A DNA stretch of 64,000 bases from Lingula anatina (taxonomy: Eukaryota; Animalia; Brachiopoda). The stretch is taken from the NCBI GenBank assembly GCA_051362555.1, contig CM120642.1, positions 6,510,001 through 6,574,000 of the forward strand, in the 5' to 3' direction. The notes beneath the pieces are model-generated. The model had not been told where the DNA came from and ran no database searches. It saw only the letters and a list, made by a program, of their open reading frames with translations. The translations under genes were made by a program, and so were the position numbers. Position 1 is the first letter of the stretch, and every line of letters starts with the position of its first letter. Shown piece by piece: positions 1 through 13,300 of this stretch.

Positions 1-335
1 ATAGACAAATGTGTTTATGCATGTATATTACTTGATAGTTATCTCCAAAATAAAAAAAAATGGGATACAAAACATAAAATAAGTCCAACTTAAAATGATT
101 TAATTATGGTTAAGATATTAATATGATGAGACGAAAATGGAAGAGTCAAATGCCGTATTGCAGGCAAAAAGATCTTTGTCACTTGAATTATCATTTCTCT
201 CTCTCTCTCTCAAAAAAAAAAAAAATCTTGTGAAATGTCTTTTCCTAGGTATAGTCTAAAACTTTCGCAAATGTAGAACATGTTTTTCTGTCCCGGAGTG
301 TCCGATTTTGTGGCAGTCTGCGGTATGTGACTTAC

Positions 336-2463
336 ACTCGGTTTTCCAATGGTGTCGGAGTACAAGGCATAGATATCGTCAAAACTGTCCCATTCTCCAG
401 ACAGCGTCATCAGACCGGTTAAACCTGCCTGACGACTCAATGTTTTCTTCCGGGATTCTATGTCCCACTGCAATCGAGAAATTATACCATCAAGAGCACA
501 CATCCCTTCCATAAATAGATAAACAAGCTAAAAGACAAACAAATGGATTGAAATACAAACAAACAAATATAATATAACATTAACACAAATATAGATTCAA
601 CTGAGTACTATAAAAAGCACAATTTTTCCCAATTGGTTTAATCAGTAATTAATCGGACATCAAAATAACATGTTCGTCTCCATCACAATTACATGTACTT
701 TTTGCTCCGTCAACCGTAAGTAACATATAATCAGTCATGTTTGTCTCCTTGTTAAGCCATGTGTATCTCGACCTGGATCTTGTGGTCGTCCGAGGGGTCC
801 TTTTGGACTTCCAGCACTTTCTCAAGCACCGAGTGACCACCAGGCAAAACCGACATGTCCGCCAAACTGCTGGGGAAATAGCTCAACCGCAGCGGATCTT
901 AGGACAAAGTAGACTAAAATTTTGTTTCCAAAATTTAGACCAATTTTTTGGACTAAAGTCCTTTTGTGAAACAGCTCAACCGCAGCAGGTGGATTCTGGT
1001 TTTCCCCATGAAGATTTTTCCTTTTTTGCTGGTAAGGGTGGTGTGATACTCACACCACGTGCGTGTTTGAGAGTTAAATTAAATTGTTTATATGCAAATG
1101 ATAATAACCAAGAAGGTTATAATTCCTTTTTTTTCTATCTGAAATGAAATTGGAGGCACGATCAAAACACGGTTTCTCCTCTTTCTATCTTGACAAAATA
1201 TATATAAGTTATATATATTTAAGGGGGCACGCACTTGCCTTGTAAGCATCCGACATTGCCTCATCAGCTGGCAACTGGTTCACCTGAACATTGAGAAGTT
1301 ATTCAAAAGAGTAAATGGAATTATGAAAGAAAGCATAGAAATAAACAATATTAAAACTGATAGTGTATTGGTAGATAATGAAATTATAAAGTAAGACAAA
1401 ATGTTAAAAAATATCTACAGAGTGAATTCGTTCACCTGCAGTCTGTCAACAGGCAGCTTGCTATGTTACAACTATAAAACTGTGGTGTGCAATGCATAAA
1501 AACCATACATGTCATAACATAATTCTAAAGTTTAAATGGAGTTATAAAAAAGTCGTTAAAGTATTTCTATTTCTGTTACTACGGCCATGCCAACGGGGAG
1601 CGTATCATTAAACACGTGATAAAATCCGCGTCTCGGATCAACAGAGAAAAATATGTACTGAGATATATAATAAAAAAGGAAGATGATATCATCTAGGTGA
1701 CGATGCCTTTTATATTTTTCTCAGGAGGCAGGGCTTGTAAACGTTAATGCTCAGTTCAATCGTTACATGAGGCCTGTACACGAATCGTCTGCCCTTAGTA
1801 TTATGCGACGATTGCCGGTTGCGAATAATAACCGCCAATTAGTGATTTTGATCTCCGAATTAATGACTCTAACCGCGATTTCATGGTATAGTCGCGAACA
1901 ATATTGGCGTTTATCTATAGATTTCATGCTGTTTACAAAAAGGGTTATTTTCTTCACCACGTCAGTGATGACTTTACCTGTACTGGGAGGCCCGATGCTT
2001 TTGGCGCAAATTCATAAAGTTTTCTTCTCTCTTCTAACTCGCTTTTCCTCTGTTCTTTTTGCTCATCGTCTTGCGGCAGCTTGCAATCAAGGTGATCAAA
2101 CACGTAGTGTCGTTTGGGCCTGATCCAACGGTGTATTGGAAACAAACGGATGGATTTGTCCTGTTGGTGCTCAATGCGAACCGATTCCACAAACCAATTA
2201 GGCGCTAAACCAAACGCGTCCATTGTAATTTCCATTTTCCGAATTTTACCAAGGCCGGAGGTATCAGAGACAGGGTGTGCGTCCATCGAACCTCGTTCTA
2301 AGCTGTCTCTCAAAGGGCGCTCCAGCTTCATGGGGGCCGATTTCTTCCCTTGATCATCGTGAAGCACTACCAAAACATTGGCGTCGGTTCCAGCGCCCTT
2401 TTTGTCGCCGGTTTTAACGTGGAGAATGTGAGTAGGGAGGGACGTGCCATGCTTGTTCCCCAT
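336..2463 (-). CDS. PLAT-domain lipoxygenase (invertebrate AOS-LOX/ALOX-like), first three coding exons; gene continues beyond the left edge
   Basis: Exons 2463-1978 (MGNKHGTS...VKTGDKKGAGTDANV...WFVESVRI...FPIHRWI...LPQDD...R..EL...LYEF...LPVQ; donor CAG|GTAAAG), 1283-1239 (VNQLPADEAMSDAYK; donor AAG|GCAAGT) and 467-336 (WDIESRKK...GKPS; donor |GTAAGT). All phase 0 and joined in frame. PLAT/LH2 domain followed by the typical LOX linker. A candidate acceptor at 2491-2492 suggests an upstream non-coding exon. Confidence 0.85.
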
Positions 2464-2949
2464 TTTGGAGGTCGTGAAACCCTGGTGCAGCTAGGATTTG
2501 AAAACACAACGATATCGTTTCTGGTGGAAAGACCAAAACAATCTGGGCTACCCGTATATGTTAAGTATCACTGACCCGATAACAGGTGGCGACACAAAAG
2601 CAGATCCTGGCTGACACGAGTTAAGAAAAGTTATTGCCGTACATCAGCATGACACAAACATTACACTTAATGGTACGTTAAATTTAGGTTTACCACATAA
2701 AAAAAGTCTCACACGGAATAAATTGCTTGGTAGGGGTACGTGCTCTACTTATTTGACATGCATAAAAGATCAGTTTTATTACAAAATGGCATTTTCTTCA
2801 TTAAATGCTAGTCGGAGATATCGGTAATTTGAGAACAATCGCAAGTAAAAAGTTTCTAGGTTTTGCCGTGTGAGACGGTAGACATGGGCGTCTCTGATAT
2901 TCATGGGAATGGTGGATATTTAAACAGATGGGACAGACAAACACCTGGG

Positions 2950-3252
2950 ACAGATATGTTTATACATATCATGTTTCAGTACAGTCTGAGCAGCAAGAAT
3001 TGTGACGTTGAGTGGGCATCGCATTCACCAGACTTGACCCCCCCATAATTTTATGTGGGGATATCTCAAAAATAATGTGTACCAGAACAACCCCAAAACA
3101 ATTGATGAACTGAAGGCAGCAATCACTGCAAAAATCCGAGAAATCCCAAAAGGAGGAATGTGTTCGAGTAATTGACAAAAGAACGGACCTTCGTAGGAAT
3201 GAATTAAATTTTTATAGGTTCCGGCTTTTAGGGGGAGGGGGTCACCCTGTAA
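2950..3252 (+). mobile_element. Tc1/mariner transposase C-terminal relic with right TIR end
   Basis: Frameshifted translation W-A-S-H-SPDLTP/FMWGYLKNNVYQNNPKTIDELKAAITAKIREIP matches the mariner-type SPDL..D..LWGYLK..VY motif. Ends in GTCACCCTGTA (reverse complement TACAGGGTGAC), a typical mariner terminus. Confidence 0.75.
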
Positions 3253-3958
3253 TATTAGTAGTTACGAATACAGCTTTGACGTTAAAGTGCGTGGAGTTCG
3301 AGTATTGAGGTATTTAAATAGTTGCGTTGTATACATGTATTTATTCCATAAGGAAGTGTGGCATTGTGTTAATGCGACTGTGTTTTTTTTAAACACGTAC
3401 AGTTACAAATACCAGTTGTCAAGAATGAACAAACTCATTAGTGGACATGATTTCAATAGAAATCTTACTAAATTGTTGTTGTTGTTTTTTTTACAAAATC
3501 TTGTTCTGATTTACTTCAAATAACAAGCATATTTCGAAAAACTATTTTCCCTCTTTGTACGTCATACAGGTAACTCGAAGACAGATAGAAAAATATCACA
3601 TGGAGAGTACATGATTTTACGGATTGCACTAACCACTAAAAGGTAAATTGCCATTCTACCTGTAAGTCTCTCATTCTATGTTTATGTACGATCATCAGAA
3701 AGAAATGCAGATTGGTAGGTACAGCTGTATTCCTTTGCAATATCAAATTAACGATAAAGCCTCAAAACTCTCAAGTGTCGACAATATTATACATTACATA
3801 AATTTATTATAACATCTATGATAAACAGTCGTTGATTTTAAGATTAATACAGTAGTATTTCACAACGGCCTGTTCTACATGCGTTTGTTCTACATGACTG
3901 TTCATACTCTCGTCATTCTTTTTTGTCCAGGATGCGTGAAAGTCGAAATATGATGTTA

Positions 3959-6900
3959 TTATCCGTGAAATGTTTCCTCTATCATAAGTGAAGTCTTCGT
4001 TCCCCAGGATGTTAACGTCTCCTGCCCCACATAGTTAAGGCCGCAAAGACCGACTTTTAAAGTTACAGTGACGTCACCGGCTGATATCCCCTGGCAAGTA
4101 CCTTGAACTGAAATTTAAAATTCGTATGGAGAGGTATATGTGGTATTTACACGTTTAATAAATACAGGACTAGAAACTTGAGTCAACATTGGAGGTTGAG
4201 GCTTCTGTGAGAAGTTTTCTGAGAGTTAAAAATGGTTAATGTCAAAATTGTGAAGGCAGTAATGTAAATTGCTTTCAAATACTGTCCGATTAAGAAACGT
4301 CTGAGCTGGCAGAGGTAGACGAAGCAATAATATGAACACAGAAATTACCAAAGCATACCTGTAAATGGGTTGTTAAAGTAGACGACCTCATTGAGAGCCT
4401 CATAGTAAACATTGAACTTGATGCTCTCAATTTTTCCCGGGTTGCTACATTCGTTATCGTTGAAGGTGAAATACCATCGTGAACACCCGTAGGGAACACC
4501 TAATTCTTGGGCATTCCCTGACCAGAGCACTTTTAACCCACTGATGCTGGACTTCTTATTGTATGTCACTGTCTAAAAAGGAAAAAAATGAGACTCAGAA
4601 GTACAAAAGTAGCTATGTGACTGAAGGCTACTTTAAAACTACATGTATATCATACTCTAGAAAATAAGTTCATCTGGATGTATTATGTATAATATATTCT
4701 TAAGAGATTCATTTTTTTTCACCCAAAAGGGAACAGGGCAAAATATGTTAAATTACCTGTATGTGCAGAGATTTTTAACTGCTCTTTGTTGAGGAAATGG
4801 GCACTGAAGAAGACGGCAGCAAACAGCAGTTGAAAATTTCTGCACATACAGGTAATTTAACACCTTTTGTCTAGTTCTCTTTTGGATGAAAAAATGAATC
4901 TCTTAAGATTATATTATATCATACATTTTATTACGTTGGCTGAAAATACAGCACTGTGCATGAGGCGGTATACCACAAACTATCACTACACTGACGTCGG
5001 TAATATAAAAATGATCTTACGTAAAGTGTTCCAACGTTCATAATAATGTTTTGAGCTGGCCACCACCAATATTGCCGGTTGAAGATTGGGATTCGAGTAG
5101 CTGTTTTTCCAGTATGGTCTAATACTAAAAGATAAAAAAAAACACATGTATAATGTACAATATTTTAACACTGGTTTAAGAGGCGTAAACTATTAATCAA
5201 AAGTTGATATTTTAACACTGGTTTAAGAGGCGTAAACTATTAATCAAAAGTTGGTATTTGGTGGGAGAAGCAACATCATGACGAGGACCATATGACGCCA
5301 CCAAACCTTTAATAAAATACACGGGTGCAAATTCACATGAACAATATTGCACATCCAGGGTGAGGCACAGCAGATACTAGTACATACCCCTCTTGTTTTG
5401 GAGTCACCAATTTTTTCTATTTCTACATGTACCTCCTAATTTACATCATTTCGGAAAAAAAGAAGCTTTCCCACCCTTTTGCCTTTCTTATCACAGTAAA
5501 ACAATTGTGTTAACTTTTTTGTGGCCATCCCATTTCATTTACAAAGCTCCTTGCTCAACCAATGTGTTAAATGCATTAATTAAGCTATCAAAAACCTGAT
5601 GATTCAGGCTTCTCTTAAACCAGTAAAAATCTGTAAAGCAAAGAAGAACCAATATAGTAAATGCGTCTGCTCACGTGCACTTGTATCCAAACCCAGCCGA
5701 GTTTCTTCCACCCTTATTCTTGATGCTGAATACCATCCAGTGGACGGGTTGCCGCTTGTCGTGATTTTCCAGGGGCACACTCCGCAGTGAAGTGATATAT
5801 TTACCACCCCTGCGGAAATTCCTTTACAAACACCAGAAACTGAAAATAAACGCAAATGCAATTCCGCACGGTGAGATCGAAAAATGAAACTATTGTCTCT
5901 ATGACCGGTCGTTCTTTTTTGAATTTGTACACACACTTGAATTAAATAATATATGAATGCTTTCTGTCTAATTCTATTCTACTCACACTCAAAAGTCCTG
6001 TATGTGTCAGATCTCAAGTCGTTTGCCATGTACACAGCGCCATCTATCGTACCGGGATCGGCGCACTCGGCGCCATTAAATTTGAAATACCATCTGGCAC
6101 AATTTGCTCCGATTTCATGAAGATTCCCCGTCCAGTAGACTGCCAGTGCCGTGTTCGAGCTTCGTTTTAAGTATGAGCCACTCTGAAATATGCCAAACAG
6201 AAACGGTCTTATAAAACTGAACATCTGAGAAATTGCAACGCGAAATAAAAGTCATGATATAAAAAACGCTTTTATGATTAACCCTTTACATTGTATTTGA
6301 ATTATCAAACTGAAAAAAGATGCGCTATTCACAGTTTAAAATGCAATAGGGTCCCACTCCTCGTCCTTTACTCAAATGCACAAATTGCAAGTTAGGCCTT
6401 TATATAAAATATTTTTCTGGAAAAATTACCATCTTCTCTTTGTTGTCCATTCCATTGACAAAATACAGTATCTACTTTTCACCGTCACCAGTGAAATTCC
6501 CCCATTTTAATATACATTCATCTGGCGACTCATAAATAAAAAATTTAGAACTCAACAGCGAATTTGTATTCTTTGGATTCTTCCTCGTCTAGAAAGAGAA
6601 AGCAGGAGAGAGAGAGAGAGAGAGAGAAAGCGGAAATGTGGGAGAGAGAGGGAAAATAATTCACATCAATTACCATATAAATGTTTTCATCTTTTACGCG
6701 AATGTTGTCTAGTGACGCAAAATCCATGATGTTAAAAACAGTCAGACTCTCACACTGCGCTGGAAAGTAGGATAAATGGTTAAATGACCTGGTAACGTAT
6801 ATGATACATGAATGAATACACTTATTAAAGTGCCTGAATCTGCATAGATAATCGCCTGATGTCACTAGTGCGTGGTATACAAAACAGAATACTTTGGTTA

Positions 6901-9900
6901 ACTGGTATTTGCTCAAAATCCAGCCAAAATTGACCAAAGGCAAACGAGTCTTCATACCCTGACTTGGTGACGTCATGACCAGAAATGTGCAGCATTTACG
7001 GGATACGCGAGGGCGCAACAGTAGGGCTTCACGTGACTCAACTAACCAATCACAGCACAAGAATGGCATCGCACACAGACTCTGTGATAAGTGCTCAGCC
7101 CATTGTCAAGTAGTGTTAGTTCATGGTAACAAGCGTCTGATATGTGCAGAGAAGTTTATAATTATAATATATATTGTTCTTATTGTTACATAATTAAATC
7201 TAACTCTGTATCCAAGTAGTAACTATACTGTACCAAGTCAGGTACTGATGATGTACAGAGGTCATATATTCCAGAATAAGCCATTACCACTGATTTATAA
7301 CTTTCATTTTTGTTTTATATGTTATTCATGAAAGAGTTCATGAAAGATAATTTTAATTTGTTAAATCGTGATCTTATTCTTTTTATATTCAAATAATTGA
7401 ATACTGTGGGTAAAATTGGTCTTCCACTTCTTATTTGCATTTTTCCTTTACTACAAGATTATTTTGGAACAGTTGCAGCATTAAAAATTTAAATAAATAG
7501 CAATCTGAAAGAAGAATTTTGCATAATTATTAAATGATGATAGGAATTTTGGATTAAGAGATTAGTTAAATACTGAGAAGTGATATGGTCAGTCAATTTA
7601 TGTAGAATCTGATAATATGATTGAAAATACTGATTGAATTCTTGGCCTTGCACTGGGCAGTTTTACATTTGTGCCAAGTGCTCTTTTTGGACTCCATTGT
7701 ACAGTGGTAAAACATCTTCAATTGCCATGAAATTTTTTTATTAGACTCTGTATATTTCTGCTATCAGCTGGTGCTATCGGCAACGAATGAATTTCCCTTT
7801 GTTTCTGAGTGAATCTACCGTCTAAAATCACTATAACTGAAAATATTTGCGTTTTGCTGAGGGTAGTCTAGGCAATATACGGCATACTTGTTAGTACGTG
7901 TGTACAACAGAATTTTTTAAAAAACCCTAGCGATATTTGGGCAGGAGTTGCTTGAAGCATAGCACAGCGTTGCTGTCTATCGTCATCAGGCCGTTAGTTT
8001 GTCAATTCTCACGAATTACCCACGAATCGCGAACCCATTTATTTTCCTATGGCAATCTAGCAACTCATTAAAAATGCACGCATGCGCAGTGGGCTAGGCG
8101 TGACGTCATGCAGTGCATTTCCGGGGATGATTCACATACTCCTCGTAGTTTGGGTGTGGCATCGGGGAATAATTGCGCAGAGTATATATAGTCTTCACAT
8201 TGAATTCTTACATGTATGTTGGGGACCAAAGGATGGAATGAATCAGTTGGAACTTTTGTGTTGAAATTATTCCAAATATGACACAAAACAAAAACTTGAA
8301 ACCCTGAAGGTGTGCTGAAGTATAAGCTTTAATGTTTCATTACCTAGATCAATTCATACTAAAACATTCGGAGGGAGGGGTTCTTATCACTGTTATACTT
8401 GTTATATCAGGCTATCCTACTGCAATAGATGGTACAATTTTAAGAAAATTAAACGAGGAGTTTTCTTTTTATAATCAAGTTCTAAAACAATTACCGTTAA
8501 TCAGAAAATATTAAAAACAAAGATACTAACATTGTCCAGGATTAGCTTCTATTTCCTCAAATTTGAAGTAGGAGTACGCGTTCCAACCAAGATATGCTTC
8601 TCCATCCCCGCTTGTGTTCTTTGCATAAATTTTAATGGTGGTAATGCCAGCAGGAACACCCCAACAGATGCCAGACACTAGAAATAAATGTGTTACAAAG
8701 TTTCTGTTGAGCTCGTGGCAGGTTGGTAATTATGATGAATGCGTGTCCGTTTCTTTCATATCTATAGTATATATGCTGATGTATCTATTAAGTTAATGAA
8801 CCAATTTTCAAAACTAAAGTATCATCAGTGATATTTCATAAGGCTTTATGGTGTTGGCTGTAATGCAAAGTGTATCACAAAAGCAATAACATGTCAAATA
8901 AATATATGGAGAGACTTGACATTTAACATGAAATATTTTAATTTCTATGACTAGGTTAAATGTATTATTTATTTCTAAAACGCGCATTTCATGTGAATTT
9001 TGAGGCTGAATAAATTTGAAGTAAGGTGTGTAAGTAACAAACAACTGACTGCCTTGTCTGAAGGAAGCACTGTTGTATTGCGTAATGTGTGGTGATTTTC
9101 TTGGGAAGTTGCAGACTGGTTTAAGCAGCGAATCATCATCTTTCATTTCTGCAATGAGTTGGGAGCCATTAACGTTTCTGGGAACAGCACTTGAAACATT
9201 TGGGTTACACTTATGAGACAAGATATCATCTGTACCGCCAAGGTGGTCAAATAAGTGTTTATAGACTTTCCGACAAGGCCTACGACTACACGTTTGTCGC
9301 TCCCAGGGCAACTTGGGGCGGTGGGAGCATCTGCATTTGGGACAGATTCACGTTGGTGTCAAAACCTCATTGATAGTCATCTATAGAAACCTGAACCAGA
9401 CCAGATACAAGAATATTTTTGAAACCAACTGCCTTAAATTAGCCAGAGGGCACCTCAGGAACTCTTTTACATTACAAGATGAATTAAACGAGGCACCTGT
9501 ATTGCAAATTACTCACAGAACCAAGGGTCTATGCAGCTACCGCGACAATCAAGATTGCCAAATTAAAAAAACCTATGGACAGTATTCATGTAGCCAGAAC
9601 TTGCCAAAATCAAAGAAGGAAAAATATCAAAGAAAAAATGATTTGGAAAAATACTCCATATTAAATGTCAAGTCTGTATATTAATGAATAGAAATAAAAC
9701 ACAAAATAACAAATAAAAAAACATGATGACAACATAACACACACGGCCCTTCGAATTCGATATTTTGGCAGTACAGCATAAAATAATACAACGTTACACA
9801 AGGTATATGGCATAACACAAATAAGAATAAAATTATAAAAAAAATATTAAGTCACATGTACCAGCATAACAAAAACAACACTATTTGTAATGAAACATAA

Positions 9901-9927
9901 TACATAAACATTGCTGATAATTAGATA

Positions 9928-9983
<56 letters not shown>

Positions 9984-10266
9984 CCTGAACCATGTTCCAT
10001 TCTGTTGCGACTTGTAGTGTGATATTCAAAAAAATTAATCGACTGGGGGTTCCTACAACGTATTCCGTTTATGTGAAAGAAGAATAGAGATCCACATCTT
10101 ACGCATTGAAAGGCGGCGCGTATTGTTCCACTAAATTCGATTCTCAATCCGGTACTGTCCTGTATCTTGTTGTAAGTGAAACTCTGTAATTATACACCAA
10201 ATTACTATATACCATATTTATATAATGCATATGATATTAATAATTAATATGAGCAGTGTGGATTAG

Positions 10267-10309
<43 letters not shown>

Positions 10310-13300
10310 CCTGCTCACAAGAGCATCCACCAAAATGTTTCCTCTAAGACTTGTTTGCACTTGTATTAGTACACGTCGGTGTATGCAGATAGCGTTTATT
10401 TTTAAATTTTACTAATAGATGTAGCATCTGAAAATATCAAACTAAGCAGTATAATAGTAAAATCCACTTAAACTTAACTACATGTTTTGTGGGCTTGATT
10501 TTAATTGCATCTACTGATAAAAAATAACAACTGACTAAATACTGAAACCAAATCACCTCAAACGACACAAATATGTAATATCAGTTATCCCTTATTATTA
10601 AACATAAGGGATTGGATGGTTTATTTACTAGAAAGTGGTATGTTATAGGGACAATGTCTCTGTGTTTACTCACTGGTCCGCTTCCCTTCACCGTACCCAA
10701 CTGACCATCCCAACCAGAGTAGACGACATTGGAAACTGGAGTCTCATCACAATAAGCTGAACTCCCTGTAATATTAAGTACATAAAACTACGTATCTACA
10801 GCCTGGTATTGAAACTCTCGTCAGTTCAGACTCCAAGGGGCTTAACTTTTAACTTTTATTTCCCACTAGAGGGCAGAAAATAGGGATCAGATGTACCGGT
10901 ACAATGAATTAATACGTGGAGGATGATACACGTAGTCTTTTCGCCATTAACTTGTAGGCAATTATTGAGTATATATATATATATATGATAAAAAGGTTAC
11001 AAAAAGGACACTCAAAATTACTAACAAGTAATATTAGAATACTCCCTAGATAAAATGCGAAGAAGAACCACTACATGTACTGCTATGTAATGACGTTTTG
11101 TCTATGCAAAGATACATCTTGCAAATTATGTTTCGTTAAGGATGTTGCACGAACATTTACATCTTCATCGAGGTAAATACAAGCACTGCTGCCGGGGTTG
11201 TTCTTGCTTTTGCCAAACAATATAATTGGAACATTCTCAGTCATTTTCAGCAACTGTTTAATTCGATTCTTAAAAATTGTCTCAAATATCCGAAAACAAA
11301 CTCGAATTAAGTCAATAGTACGCGGCAACTAGCTTCGAATGAAATGTTTCTCCTGGTTAAAGGGTCTGTTCCATAAACCACAAAGATATTTTTTTTAAAA
11401 AAATAGACGAAATATGCCCAGAATAGTATAGAATCACTCCTGGGATCAGTTCCACAAAGCAAATTTGCTATTTCCCTAAATATAGTCCTTTGTATATTAA
11501 GGTATAGAAATCCCTCAAACGGGTTTCAACTCAGTTGAGGGATCATGCTTTTAAATGTTGTACAAACCTACGCAGACTGGCTCTTGAGTGATGCAATCTA
11601 CACGACATCGAGACCCCTCACTGCACTTCACAGTAGAGCATACTCCTTCAAATTCATCCCTGGGCTGCAATAACGAGTATGGATATGAGCTATTGACAAT
11701 TTTCAATGAACTATTGGTGTTTTTTATTTCTCACTATACAGGAAGCTTTTACACACACTGGACAATAGAAGTGTCACCCCCTGAATCAGAGTAATCAAAG
11801 TTATTAACTTGAAGAGGAGGAATATAAGCAATGTCAGGATTTCGATACAGTTGAATTGTTCAGTCAGAACTGTTTCTTTTGTGAAATTTGATGTTAATAA
11901 AATGATACCAGGAGCATATCATTCCACAGTCATTATCTCCCCCAAAGTATTGGTTCAGTAGGGGTGACATTTCTATTGTCCAGTGTGTGTAAATGCGTAA
12001 AATATTATATGGAAATACAGATTTTATACTTATCTGCACCCATGTCAGATTTAACAATGACCATATTTTGAATATGTTACTGAGCGGAATGCCATGAGCT
12101 GGTTGCTGCTCACATTGGTGTATAGGAAATTGTTCATAAAAACTGGCAAAATTTTACCGAAGTGGTCTCTCTCTCTCTCTCTATCTCTTCTCGCCATTAC
12201 GCCATAGGCCAGGGTAAATGTTATACGAAAAACGCTAGTGTTCATAAATAATCGTGGCGTTCATTTTTACACATGTTTTTCGCCATCACTTCGTCTGAAT
12301 TCTATGTATACTTGATGTAATTGCTTTGTCCATTTTTGAAACATAAATTCATTGCGTCTGGAATAAATTTATATCAGTCTATTTATTCGTCATAAATGTT
12401 GTGGCGTTAACTTGAAAATTAGAGGTCTTCGTTATTTTTTTACGTTAAGGTCTGAAACAGATATTTTATCATGCAAAAAACCAACCCTTCAATAACGTTG
12501 CTACCTGCATAATTGAAAAAAAAAAAAAAACTGCTTTATTTAGCGACTACAAAGGTAAGCATAATTCATTTATCTCTCGTGGTCCCCTGATAGGCCGTAT
12601 ATTAATGAATTATATTATGCAAAATATTTAACAGTGTCAACAAAGAGAATTTAGTCTATCTCTCCATTTTTATAGCAAAATCATTCAAAAGAAATGAAGT
12701 GATTGCTCTCCTTGGTAACTCTTAGCATATTCCTTGAAAAAATGTCAGTGTATGGTCTCACTGTTGTGAGAAGTGACTCGGCAGTGGGACTCAACCAGCC
12801 GCATGGTCAAGGGTAACAATGCTTATATCAGTTTAGCTTTGTTATTTACTTATCTGTTAGTTTATATGTGTAGTTCTCCCTTCCTTGTAAATTTGAAACG
12901 CTTCGTATTGTGTAACTTATGATTGTAGCAATATGCTTCAAGGTTTGTGTCTATGGTAAATCTTGAATTACACTAAGACGTTAAATCTCACTGCCTAGCT
13001 GGAATATTTTATTAGAAACTAAACTAGTACATCTGTTCATTATATAAAGATATATACTTGTTCACTCACAAACTGGCAATCCAATTACCAATTAGAGACT
13101 GGCAATGCACTACTTGTATTGTTTTTTTAAAATCATATTACATTGTACAAGATCTTGATTATTTATGTACCAGTACAGAAATAAATTGAAATTGAATTGA
13201 AAAAAAAATCTATCCGGGAACACATTCATAGCTAGCTTTAAAAACATTATCACTATCTTTTTTAAAAACTTGTAAATAACGTGAAATAAGTCTCAAGTAA

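Noticed and set aside
737-1147. 136-aa ORF and overlapping short ORFs
   Set aside because: Antisense within a lipoxygenase intron, with an internal repeat (AGCTCAACCGCAGC twice) and no recognisable domain. Probably a dispersed repeat that I cannot classify.
2440-2463. N-myristoylation signal MGNKHGTS on the lipoxygenase
   Set aside because: Gly2 is present but position 6 is not Ser/Thr; too weak to call without a predictor.
5160-5255. 48-bp direct duplication (and a ~130-bp one at ~18640-18870)
   Set aside because: Ordinary intronic slippage duplications with no further structure.
6960-8260. A-specific intronic block with TGACGTCA motifs near both ends and a Cys-rich CKTAQCKA reading
   Set aside because: Could not establish TIRs, a TSD or a continuous coding frame. 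Possibly an old TE, but unsupported.
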